Below are positions 34,042 to 42,159 of a stretch of DNA of 56,295 nucleotides, one piece after another. Numbering within the stretch: the stretch's first letter is position 1; every line of letters begins with the position of its first letter. The notes under the pieces were generated by a model. It searched no databases and had not been told where the DNA came from. It saw only the letters and a list, made by a program, of their open reading frames with translations. Source of the DNA: a virus. Lineage: Duplodnaviria; Caudoviricetes. A program made the position numbers and the translations under genes. The stretch lies in IMG/VR virus record IMGVR_UViG_3300036832_000712, positions 1 through 56,295 of that record. The stretch is one strand, 5' to 3'.

Positions 34042-34302
34042 TCATGTTTCGTGATTCGTTAACGAAGCGGGAAATACGAAGCGGGCACGAATAGCAGCAG
34101 CGAGGTCGATGTCGCGCTCGGCAGCAAAGCGATCGGCCTGGATCACCAGATCAGCAAGAATTTCGCGCAGCGTGTCGAGGCCTTCCACGCGCTCCAGGCC
34201 AAGCAGGTGCATGAAGTCGGCGCGCGTGGGATCGTGTGGGACATCACGACTCAGCATGCTGGCTAATCTCAGTTCCGCGAAGGTTAGAGGTTTATCGTTC
34301 AT
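34042..34302 (-). CDS. Small protein resembling the MazG-like NTP pyrophosphatase fold
   Basis: LTFAELR...EILADLVIQADRFAAERDIDLAAAIRARF resembles the C-terminal half of phage MazG-like proteins. Confidence 0.45.
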   Translation of the reverse strand: MNDKPLTFAELRLASMLSRDVPHDPTRADFMHLLGLERVEGLDTLREILADLVIQADRFAAERDIDLAAAIRARFVFPASLTNHET

Positions 34303-34516
34303 GCTGTTGCTCTAATTCCTGGACGCGAGTCCTGAGGATATCCAAGGTGATTCTGACGTAGCCGAGTATCTTGCGGGTAGCGTTCAGACTGGCCTCGGCG
34401 GCTGCCATAGCTTCCATGTCGGCGCGCTCGCGCTGAGTCAGTGTACGAAGGATATCGTTCAAACCAGCGAGTTCCTCGCGGGCTGCTCTGAGCGGGTTGA
34501 AGGTGTTGGCATTCAT
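34292..34516 (-). CDS. Small coiled-coil protein
   Basis: 74 aa with heptad pattern. Confidence 0.5.
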   Translation of the reverse strand: MNANTFNPLRAAREELAGLNDILRTLTQRERADMEAMAAAEASLNATRKILGYVRITLDILRTRVQELEQQHER

Positions 34517-34556
34517 TTTGTGCTCGCATCCTCGATGCTCGTCTATGTACTTTTTG

Positions 34557-34575
34557 GTGTTACATCATGTAACAC
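34557..34575. promoter_or_regulatory. 19-bp palindrome copy 10
   Basis: GTGTTACA-TCA-TGTAACAC, 8 nt past the stop at 34584. Confidence 0.85.
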
Positions 34576-34583
34576 TTTTTAGG

Positions 34584-35198
34584 TTACTTTTTCGCTCTTT
34601 CAAGCACGTTGATGTTTTCCTGGGCACGACTTAGCGCAATGGCGTGAACAGTTTCCATTGCGATGGCGGATTGAAGCTGGTGGTTAAGTTCCCAGGCTTC
34701 GCCGGGGTCGCCGGTCAATGTGAGCATGTGAGTTAGTTTTCGTATGCGGGCTGCCTCGAATGCCTGGTGCTCCTTGTACCTGCCAACGTCTATATGCAGC
34801 TGGTTCAGTCTTTCTTCGTGTGATGAAGGTGCGGATGGCATGCTGTCGTACAGCCACGCCTCTAGCTGCTTGCGTACGCGGGTCGTGCTTGTGCTGATCT
34901 GCTTGGGCACAGGCATTATTTTTTCGAGCGTCTTGAGATCAGGCGCCAGCATTATTTTTTTGAGTGTTTGATGGAAGAACGTTGCAGGGTCCCACTGACG
35001 GGCTTTTTCCTGCAGGATTGCAAGCACTGTATTCCATTCGTGTGCACCCCTAGTTTTTCGCGCAGGCGCGGATTGCACGTTGCCTTCCTGGGCGGCGCTG
35101 AGCGCGCGCCAAGTGCACTGGTACACCGCTTTTTGGAGTGTCCAGTCATTGCAGCCGTGGTGCGCGGCGAAAAAATCAGTTAGAGAGATATCAGCCAT
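34584..35198 (-). CDS. Hypothetical early protein
   Basis: 204 aa, preceded by a structured leader and a promoter. Confidence 0.55.
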   Translation of the reverse strand: MADISLTDFFAAHHGCNDWTLQKAVYQCTWRALSAAQEGNVQSAPARKTRGAHEWNTVLAILQEKARQWDPATFFHQTLKKIMLAPDLKTLEKIMPVPKQISTSTTRVRKQLEAWLYDSMPSAPSSHEERLNQLHIDVGRYKEHQAFEAARIRKLTHMLTLTGDPGEAWELNHQLQSAIAMETVHAIALSRAQENINVLERAKK

Positions 35199-35277
35199 GA
35201 TCTGAGGGTCCTTGGCATAGCAGATTGTGGTCAGCAGGGCCGCGCGTTTTCGTGATGGCTAACGCGCGGCTCTGCGC

Positions 35278-35306
35278 ATAATCAGCTAACTACAATCCGC
35301 AGTCAA
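35278..35306 (-). promoter_or_regulatory. Possible sigma70 promoter
   Basis: TTGACT-N17-GATTAT on the minus strand. Confidence 0.45.
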
Positions 35307-35318
35307 TCCCCTCGAACA

Positions 35319-35346
35319 AAACAAACAAACAAACAAACAAACAAAC
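35319..35346. repeat. (AAAC)7 microsatellite
   Basis: Directly visible, just upstream of the 35306 -35 box. Confidence 0.9.
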
Positions 35347-35409
35347 TCGCGAAAGCCACATACAGTGTGCCAGAACTGCTAAGTGGCTCAAATTACAACA
35401 CTTTTTCGC

Positions 35410-35826
35410 GGTGCCGTAATAAGTAGCTAATACCATTAGGATTTTAGCCCGGTGCACTTTGTGCAGATTTTTCTTTTTTGGTGCCGTTGTAAGTCATTGG
35501 CGGATATCAGCTATTCCATCGGTGCCAGATGTGCACTCAAAAAGTATACCCCCCTAGAAATCTAGGTGTTACTATTTTGTTCTCATTATTCTCTATACTA
35601 TACTATACCTTGTTTTCTGAATAGTTATATATATGAGATGTTGCGGCACCGCGCACCGGACCCATGGTATACAAAAACTAGGGGGGGTATTGTTTTCCAG
35701 TGCACATCTAGCACCTGTGGAATAGCTTATATATTCCAATAACTTAGCACGGCACCAAAAATAAAAAAACTGCACAAAATGCACCAAGCCGAGACTTTAG
35801 TAATATCAATAGCTTGGTACGGCACC
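35410..35826. repeat. Long imperfect inverted repeat (about 148-bp arms) around an AT-rich core; putative replication origin
   Basis: Arms are 35410-35557 and 35678-35826. Each arm has four GGTGC boxes spaced 41/29/41 bp. Confidence 0.75.
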
Positions 35827-35911
35827 AGCCTAAAACAGCCTCACACACAGAAACATGGTATGCGAGATCACACCAAAATATTATAAATTCGCTGAGACAT
35901 AAAATATAAAG

Positions 35912-35930
35912 GTGTTACATCATGTAACAC
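35912..35930. promoter_or_regulatory. 19-bp palindrome copy 11
   Basis: GTGTTACA-TCA-TGTAACAC in AT-rich non-coding DNA beside the putative origin. Confidence 0.85.
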
Positions 35931-36188
35931 GTTTTATAGCTTGGTGGATTTCGCGGCTGAGCCGTAAAAAATCCGTGTGTAACCTGTGACATATAACATA
36001 AGTTACATGCGCGCCGCGCGCGCATAGCGGTATGGTAATGCCGCGAGCACATTGTTCATGCAATGCAGACGTGCGTAGGTCGCAGCGTACAAGCGCTGTA
36101 CAGCGCCGTGAGCTCGGAGCGCCACCACCCTAGCGGCCGATCCATGAACGCGCGCCAGCAAGCTCCCTAGTGCGTCCTAGAGGCAAAT

Positions 36189-36219
36189 AAAAAAGCCCGT
36201 GCCTTGCGGCACGGGCTTT
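36189..36219 (-). terminator. Intrinsic terminator
   Basis: Minus strand gcccgtgcc-gcaa-ggcacgggc followed by tttttt. Confidence 0.85.
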
Positions 36220-36241
36220 GGATAGTTGGATAGCAGGCAAC

Positions 36242-36271
36242 AAAAAGGGGCGCGCCGATCGGCGCGCCCCT
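36242..36271 (-). terminator. Intrinsic terminator (tandem with the previous one)
   Basis: Minus strand ggggcgcgcc-gatc-ggcgcgcccc followed by ttttt. Confidence 0.8.
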
Positions 36272-36291
36272 GGTAGTGTCGTGCGAGTTAG

Positions 36292-36909
36292 TTAGCGTGG
36301 CGCAGCGGCAAGCCAATCGCGCCACGCGGAGCCGCGATCGCCCACAAGCTTCGCTGCATACTTCTTCTGCATTGCGCTCATGGTCGAAACGAGTCGATTG
36401 AATGCGTCGAATACGTCAACGTCATCCTTGGGATTCACGATTTCATCGGCTTTGATAAGCCGTTGTTCGTGATTCTTGCGCTCCGCCTCTGCAGCCGCGC
36501 GTGCTACTTCAGCGTCTTGGTTTTCCGGCTTTGTGATTCCCGCCAATCGCTTGGCGCGCGATACTAGCGTACGCACCGCGCCCATAACACGCTCTTGCTC
36601 GAATGTGCGGTTATCGTCCGAATTGTTTTTCGGATTCATATGATTATACTTTTTCAGGCCGATTACGCGACGAGCTTCGACACGGTCATAGCCCATCTTT
36701 CGGACGTAATAGCCCTCTGTGAGAGCTTGCACCATATCGCCGATTGCCTTGTCATTAGCCTTGAACGTGACAAAGGCCTCTGTGAGCATGCCATCTTGGC
36801 CAGCGTAGTTCTTGCCGGCCTCGAACGCGATCTCACAAGCTTGTGCGACAGTCATCGGCGCAGGCGTCGTGCTCGCGAGCAAAGAAGACTTAACGTTAGA
36901 CTTGGCCAT
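36292..36909 (-). CDS. Monocistronic early protein of unknown function
   Basis: MAKSNVKSS... (205 aa); has its own promoter and a double terminator. Confidence 0.7.
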   Translation of the reverse strand: MAKSNVKSSLLASTTPAPMTVAQACEIAFEAGKNYAGQDGMLTEAFVTFKANDKAIGDMVQALTEGYYVRKMGYDRVEARRVIGLKKYNHMNPKNNSDDNRTFEQERVMGAVRTLVSRAKRLAGITKPENQDAEVARAAAEAERKNHEQRLIKADEIVNPKDDVDVFDAFNRLVSTMSAMQKKYAAKLVGDRGSAWRDWLAAAPR

Positions 36910-36980
36910 AGTGTGTGTACCCTTCAGTAAATGCCCGGTATGGGCGTTGCGGCCGATGCACAATGCATCGAACAAAACAA

Positions 36981-37009
36981 GTTATAGCATAATACATAAC
37001 ATAAGTCAA
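36981..37009 (-). promoter_or_regulatory. Sigma70 promoter
   Basis: TTGACT-N17-TATAAC, with TG in the extended -10 position. Confidence 0.75.
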
Positions 37010-37015
37010 ATCGAC

Positions 37016-37034
37016 GTGTTACATGATGTAACAC
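37016..37034. promoter_or_regulatory. 19-bp palindrome copy 12
   Basis: GTGTTACA-TGA-TGTAACAC, 6 bp upstream of the -35 box. Confidence 0.85.
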
Positions 37035-37248
37035 GTTGCGCGCCCTGGAAAGAATTACTTGCACCTCCCCCCGGCCGGTAGAAGGGGGTAGACGCGAGTG
37101 AGGCCGCATGTTTGCCCATCCCCCACATAATTTTCCTGAAAATCCAACAAATCAAATTATATACTAAAATTTTTTATGTAAAATTTCTCCGTCTAAAAAA
37201 TTTTAAACCAATATCCCCACACGCACAACTCGTGTTAAAAGAGCACAC

Positions 37249-37701
37249 ATGAGCACGATCCCGACCCAATACATGGACCTCACCGCGGACCCCGCTTCCT
37301 TGGGCTGGCCCCCGAGCCTGCCCCTGGAGCTCTGTCTGCGCGCGCAACCCGTCAAAGAGATTTGCGCGGCCTATGGCATCGACCAATTCGAGTACGAGCG
37401 CCTGCGCGCCGATCCCGGCTTCCGCCGGGCCGTGCGCGAAGCGCACGAGACGCTCAAGGAGGATGGCGCCGCATTCAAGCTCAAGGCCCGTGCCCAGAGC
37501 GAAGAGTTGCTTAAAACTTCGTGGGCGCTAATCCATAAACCACTTGACCAAGTGAGCGCATCTGTGAAGGCGCAGCTGATCATGTTCACGGTCCGCTGTG
37601 CCGGGCTTGACGCCAGCGTGGAGCAGAAGGCTAGAGCACAAGCCACTGCCTCCGCGGCCGCGCTCACCGCGCTCACCATCAATCTCCATCTCGGAGATTA
37701 G
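37249..37701 (+). CDS. terS: Probable terminase small subunit
   Basis: HTH-like N-terminus and LTINLHLG C-terminus; first gene of the late arm, upstream of TerL. Confidence 0.6.
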   Translation: MSTIPTQYMDLTADPASLGWPPSLPLELCLRAQPVKEICAAYGIDQFEYERLRADPGFRRAVREAHETLKEDGAAFKLKARAQSEELLKTSWALIHKPLDQVSASVKAQLIMFTVRCAGLDASVEQKARAQATASAAALTALTINLHLGD

Positions 37702-37711
37702 GAAAGTGATC

Positions 37712-37879
37712 ATGCAGACCGCAAGGTCCGCGATCGACGCGCTCAAGAGCGCCCCCATGGTGCTGGCTCTGCTCCTGTTCAATATAGCGTTCATCGCCAT
37801 GCTGGCGTACATTACGGCGAGCGAGCGCACGCAATGGGCCAAGGTCGTCGAGCTGCTGGCCCAGGCCTGCAGGCCCTAG
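37712..37879 (+). CDS. Small single-TM protein (holin-like candidate)
   Basis: MQTARSAIDALKSAPMVLALLLFNIAFIAMLAYI...; AGGA RBS. Confidence 0.55.
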   Translation: MQTARSAIDALKSAPMVLALLLFNIAFIAMLAYITASERTQWAKVVELLAQACRP

Positions 37880-37889
37880 GGGAATCAGC

Positions 37890-39479
37890 ATGAGCGACGA
37901 GCCAGAGCCTGAGAACCCGAGCACAGAGCCGGAAAGCGAAGCACCGTCCGCGCCCGAGCAGCCCGAGCCACGCACGCCTACCCCTCGTGCTCCTGTCCAG
38001 TATCATGTGACCGACCAGCCGTGGTCCCCCTCGGACCCTGCCGCCACCGAGGCGATGCTAACCCAGCAAGGCCAGCAGAACTGGCAGCTGGCCTCTGTCT
38101 ATCCGGACCCCCAGCGCGAGAAGACCCGCTGGGTGTTCGCTGCCGCCAGTGCCCCGGTTCAGTACAACGTGGTCGACCAGCCATGGTCCCCCAGCGACCC
38201 ATCCACGACGCAGGCGATGCTGACCCAGCAAGGGCAGGCCGGCTGGCAGCTGAGCGCCGTCTGGCCCGATCCGCAGCGCGAGCGGACCCGCTGGATTTTC
38301 TTCAGCCCTCCCGCAGCCACCGGCGGCGGCTCCGGCACGCCCGGCACCATCGTGCCGAACGTGGACGCCACGCCCGGCGTGGTCGGCACCTCCACGGCGT
38401 GGTCGCACGAGGACCACGTTCACCCGACCGATACGAGCCGTGTGGCCAAGTCCGGCGACAGCATGACCGGGGTGCTGGCGCTGGCGGCCGATCCGACCGC
38501 GGCGCTGCAGGCGGCCACCAAGCAGTACGTCGACGCCGCGGTCTCCCCGGCCTTCAACGACGTCGGCCGCAACAAGCTGCACAACCCGCTGTTCAACATC
38601 CAGCAGCGCGGGGCCGGGCCGTGGTCGGCAAGCGGCAACTATACGTTAGACCGTTGGCGCATGTGGCTCACTAACGATACGTTCGCTATCGCCGCCGTGG
38701 CCTTGAATGACGCTGGCCGGGCGCAGATCGGCGACGAGGCGGCACTCTCGCAGGCACAGGCGCAGTTCAGCGGCAGCGCTACGGCTGGATCGCACTCCGT
38801 CATCATACAGAGTGTCGAGAGCGTGCGACGGCTCGCGGGCAAGACTGTGACGGTTTCGTTCTGGGCCTCGGCGAGTGCCGCCGGATTAAAACTAGGCGCG
38901 GTCCTTGATCAAATTTTCGGCACGGGCGGTTCACCATCGGCGAACGTGAGCGGCACCGGCCAGGCAGTAGCGCTCAGCACGACATGGACACGATATACGT
39001 TGACGTTTGCGCTGCCCTCAGCGGCCGGGAAGGTCATTGGCGCCAATGGCGATGACTCGACGCAATTGTTGTTCTATTTCTCGGCTGCCAGCGATCAGAC
39101 AGCGCACTCCGGCAATGTCGGAGTGCAGTCAGGCACGGTGAATTTCTGGGGCGTGCAGCTTGAGATCGGCTCCGTCGCCACGCCGCTGGAGAAGCCCGAC
39201 CCGCAGCAGGACCTCGCCAAGTGCCAACGGTTCTATCAGGTCGGCGGCTACTCTGTGCTTTACACCGCCATAGCTGCGGCTGGAATGATGAGTTTCTCAT
39301 CACTGTTGCCGGTACCGATGCGCGTTAATCCAGTATGGACTGCCACACCAGGATTTACCTCCAATGTCAGTGCTCCTACAATCAGAGGCGCACTCAGCTA
39401 CGTGCAAGTTTATGGCACCGCGGTTGCAGCTGGAGCATCAGAAATGGATGGCACCTTCACGGCGTCGGCTGATTTGTAA
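37890..39479 (+). CDS. Fibre-like virion protein with a duplicated N-terminal domain and a C-terminal carbohydrate-binding-like domain
   Basis: Two 54-aa repeats; HPTDTSR..GDSMTG..AATKQYVD fibre motif; GRNKLHNPLFNIQQRG...GVQLEIGSVATPLE..CQRFYQ domain. Confidence 0.65.
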   Translation: MSDEPEPENPSTEPESEAPSAPEQPEPRTPTPRAPVQYHVTDQPWSPSDPAATEAMLTQQGQQNWQLASVYPDPQREKTRWVFAAASAPVQYNVVDQPWSPSDPSTTQAMLTQQGQAGWQLSAVWPDPQRERTRWIFFSPPAATGGGSGTPGTIVPNVDATPGVVGTSTAWSHEDHVHPTDTSRVAKSGDSMTGVLALAADPTAALQAATKQYVDAAVSPAFNDVGRNKLHNPLFNIQQRGAGPWSASGNYTLDRWRMWLTNDTFAIAAVALNDAGRAQIGDEAALSQAQAQFSGSATAGSHSVIIQSVESVRRLAGKTVTVSFWASASAAGLKLGAVLDQIFGTGGSPSANVSGTGQAVALSTTWTRYTLTFALPSAAGKVIGANGDDSTQLLFYFSAASDQTAHSGNVGVQSGTVNFWGVQLEIGSVATPLEKPDPQQDLAKCQRFYQVGGYSVLYTAIAAAGMMSFSSLLPVPMRVNPVWTATPGFTSNVSAPTIRGALSYVQVYGTAVAAGASEMDGTFTASADL

Positions 39480-39489
39480 CTCGAAGGAC

Positions 39490-39615
39490 ATGGCTATGAC
39501 CGTAGATTTGAGCGAGCAGGAGTGGAGTCAGGCCATCGCCATCCTGGCGACTGGGCCGTGGAACGTGGCCAACCCGCTGCTGACCCGGATCACGCAGCAG
39601 CTGCAGGCGCACTAG
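39490..39615 (+). CDS. Small protein following the fibre gene
   Basis: MAMTVDLSEQEWSQAIAILATGPWNVANPLL...; AAGGA RBS. Confidence 0.5.
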   Translation: MAMTVDLSEQEWSQAIAILATGPWNVANPLLTRITQQLQAH

Positions 39616-39633
39616 ATGATCCAAGGATATATC

Positions 39634-39807
39634 ATGCCCAGCGAGAGCAAGCAGCAGCGCAAGGCCATGTTCGCCGCCAAAGCAGGTAATAGTACTCTTG
39701 GCATTCCCCAGAAAGTTGGTAAGGACTTCATCAAGGCGGACAAGGGCAGAGACCTTAGCAAACTCCCATTGCGCAAGGGAGCACCTCCCGTACCAACCAA
39801 GAAGTAG
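39634..39807 (+). CDS. Small basic phage protein
   Basis: [15 protein letters not shown]...[14 protein letters not shown] pattern, of a kind seen near terminase genes. Confidence 0.6.
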   Translation: MPSESKQQRKAMFAAKAGNSTLGIPQKVGKDFIKADKGRDLSKLPLRKGAPPVPTKK

Positions 39808-39813
39808 GAAAGA

Positions 39814-40320
39814 CTAGGGCTGTTTCGCAAATCTACCATTGATCCGAGGTGGGTCGGCACGTTTTCTTCTGTTTCTTGCTTGCTCGCTGCGTGTCGCCCA
39901 TCGACAATTCTCAGGCGAATAAGGACCGTTATTGTCAATACGTTCGATTGTATGTCCTGGCGGGCAGCGCCCCATGTCGGCGAGGAAGTTGGCGTACTCG
40001 CGCCAGCGGTCACAGACCTCGATACCGCGTCCGCCGTAGTGGTGGAAGTCTTTATGATTTGGGTTGGTGCATCTTTTGATCATGCCTTGCCAGCAGCGAT
40101 ATTCCCTGGTGATCTGACCGTGTTTGGCGTCTCCGTGCTTTCTACAGCACCCGCACGATTTGGCATCACCTGCTCGCAGCGAGGAGCCTCGCACGACCGT
40201 TTCCTTGCCGCAATCGCAGCGGCATAGGAACAGGAGAGCTGTGTTTTTTCCTTGGCCTGCAAGCTTTAGAACAGTGTATCGACCGAAACGTTGGCCTGTG
40301 ATATCAATGCGTTTGGACAT
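39814..40320 (-). CDS. HNH homing endonuclease, antisense within the late operon
   Basis: [31 protein letters not shown] and [19 protein letters not shown] motifs. Confidence 0.9.
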   Translation of the reverse strand: MSKRIDITGQRFGRYTVLKLAGQGKNTALLFLCRCDCGKETVVRGSSLRAGDAKSCGCCRKHGDAKHGQITREYRCWQGMIKRCTNPNHKDFHHYGGRGIEVCDRWREYANFLADMGRCPPGHTIERIDNNGPYSPENCRWATRSEQARNRRKRADPPRINGRFAKQP

Positions 40321-40414
40321 GGCGACCGCTCCTACGGTTGCTGGTGTCAAGTGGCGGCCGAGCGCTCCAACGCTCGACCGCTGCGCAACGTAGCACAAAT
40401 ACAAGGAGGTAAAC

Positions 40415-40600
40415 ATGGCAGTCAAACAGCCATGGCAAGATTTTTATAATGCGCAAAGCGGTGAGTATGGCGACGGCTACAGTGGCGATCTCAACAAAGG
40501 CGACGAGCAGGAATACCTGGAGGGCGACGCCCGCGCCGAAGCAGCGCGTGCCGAGTTTCATAAAGTCCAGAAGGACATGCCTGATCCAACGGGCAAGTAA
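40415..40600 (+). CDS. Small acidic hypothetical protein
   Basis: AAGGAGGT RBS. Confidence 0.6.
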   Translation: MAVKQPWQDFYNAQSGEYGDGYSGDLNKGDEQEYLEGDARAEAARAEFHKVQKDMPDPTGK

Positions 40601-40608
40601 GCGCGCAT

Positions 40609-42156
40609 ATGAACATCCTCGACTACAAGCCGGCGCCGACGATCAAAGCGTTCATCAAGGACTTCCGCAGTCAGGCTTTATTCTATACCTGGATCGTAGG
40701 ACCCGTTGGCTCTGCCAAGACCACGGCTCTGTTCTTCAAGCTCATCTACATGGCGATGAAACAGTGCCCATCGCCGGATGGAATCCGGCGCACAAAAGCC
40801 GTGATCGTCCGTAACACGCTGCCCATGCTCAAGGACACAACGCTGGCATCCTGGGAGTATTGGTTCAAGGATGGCGTGGCCGGCGCCTGGAGCGCCACCG
40901 ATAAAATTTTCACGTTGCGCTACGGCGACGTGGAATGTCAGGTGCTGTTCCGCCCGCTCGACACGCCCGACGACGTCCGTCGCGTTCTAAGCCTTGAAAT
41001 TAACTTCGCCATTATCGACGAGTTCGTAGAATTGCCGAAGGCAATTGTCGACGCCTTGAGCGCTCGCTTAGGGCGCTACCGCCAGCCTGATGGCACACCG
41101 GTCACCATCTGGGGGATGTGGGGATCATCCAACCCCGGCACCGAGGACGTGTGGTGGTACGACTATCTGCATGGCCCCGCTGTTCGCAGATACAAGCGTC
41201 CAACGGGCATGCCGGTCCCGCAGATCGTTGCCGACTCGGTAGCGCCGACGTCGGACATCGTCGTCCCGACGACAACGTCACTGGAACCAATAGCTAGCTA
41301 TTATCATCAGCCCGGAGGGCTGTCTCCCGACGCAGAGAATTTGGAAAATCTTCCGGGAGGCGTGCAGTATTATCGCGACGCCATTGCAGGCAAGAGCACC
41401 CCTTGGATCAGGCAGTTCGTCGATGCTGAGTGGGGCTTCAGCATAGCTGGCAAAGCTGTCGTCTCCGGCTTCCGTGCCGATCTGCACGTGAGTCTTCCCA
41501 ACACGCTTCAGCCTAATCCCTACTTCCCGCTCATCGTCGGACTTGATCCGGGAATCACAGGATCAGCCATGATCATCGGGCAACAAGATTACGACGGCCG
41601 TATAAGAGTTTTCGCTGAGCTGGTGCAGGAGGGCATGGGGGCCGAGCGTCTCATCCAGGAACGGCTGCAACCTCTCTTGAGAAACAGATTTCCACAGGTG
41701 CCACGAGTTATCGTGGCGGCTGACCCGGCGGCTGCCTCTCGGCAACAGACCGACGAGCGTACAGTCGTCAAGGTCTTCCGCCAGCACTACGAAGTGGACG
41801 TCGAGTCCAACAACCGCCTTCCATTGCGCCTCGACGCCATCGACCACTACACCAACACCCTGGTGGAGGGCCGACCTGCTTTGCAGGTCGACCCGTCATG
41901 TCAAATTCTGATCCGCGCGCTCAAGGGCGGCTGGCGCTACAGCGCCGACTTGAAGCGCGAAACACTCCGCGGGCATGACCCAGAAAAAAACGCCTACTCC
42001 CATCCTGGTGACGCATTCGGCTACCTGTGCAGGTTTTTCCATCGTGACCGCCAGCGCGAGAAAAGATACTCTCTGCCCCAGGGCAGCCTGGCAGCCCGGC
42101 GCCAGGGCGCGCCGTGGCAGCAGCGGGGCGAGCGTAACAGCTATCACGTCAGGTGA
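40609..42156 (+). CDS. terL: Terminase large subunit
   Basis: Walker A GPVGSAKTT, Walker B IIDEF, SSNP coupling motif, nuclease GLDPG and SHPGDAFGY. Confidence 0.9.
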   Translation: MNILDYKPAPTIKAFIKDFRSQALFYTWIVGPVGSAKTTALFFKLIYMAMKQCPSPDGIRRTKAVIVRNTLPMLKDTTLASWEYWFKDGVAGAWSATDKIFTLRYGDVECQVLFRPLDTPDDVRRVLSLEINFAIIDEFVELPKAIVDALSARLGRYRQPDGTPVTIWGMWGSSNPGTEDVWWYDYLHGPAVRRYKRPTGMPVPQIVADSVAPTSDIVVPTTTSLEPIASYYHQPGGLSPDAENLENLPGGVQYYRDAIAGKSTPWIRQFVDAEWGFSIAGKAVVSGFRADLHVSLPNTLQPNPYFPLIVGLDPGITGSAMIIGQQDYDGRIRVFAELVQEGMGAERLIQERLQPLLRNRFPQVPRVIVAADPAAASRQQTDERTVVKVFRQHYEVDVESNNRLPLRLDAIDHYTNTLVEGRPALQVDPSCQILIRALKGGWRYSADLKRETLRGHDPEKNAYSHPGDAFGYLCRFFHRDRQREKRYSLPQGSLAARRQGAPWQQRGERNSYHVR

Positions 42157-42159
42157 CGT

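Noticed and set aside
35566-36007. Extra palindrome half-sites (GTGTTAC at 35566; TGTAAC...GTTACA at about 35978-36007)
   Set aside because: These are only half-sites or have the wrong orientation and spacing, so they were not counted as copies.
9804-37034. Palindrome copies as a CRISPR array or integron attC sites
   Set aside because: Copies are separated by 0.7-6.5 kb of genes, not 30-40-bp spacers. They are much shorter than attC sites and lack the GTTRRRY core. No cas operon or integron integrase is visible.
35200-37248. tRNA or known structured ncRNA in the large non-coding region
   Set aside because: I recognised no cloverleaf, T-loop motif or riboswitch consensus by eye. An Infernal/Rfam and tRNAscan run would be needed to exclude one.
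39849-40393. Plus-strand ORFs opposite the HNH gene (also those at 21728-22040)
   Set aside because: They are shadow frames of the HNH genes, with no convincing RBS or independent motifs.
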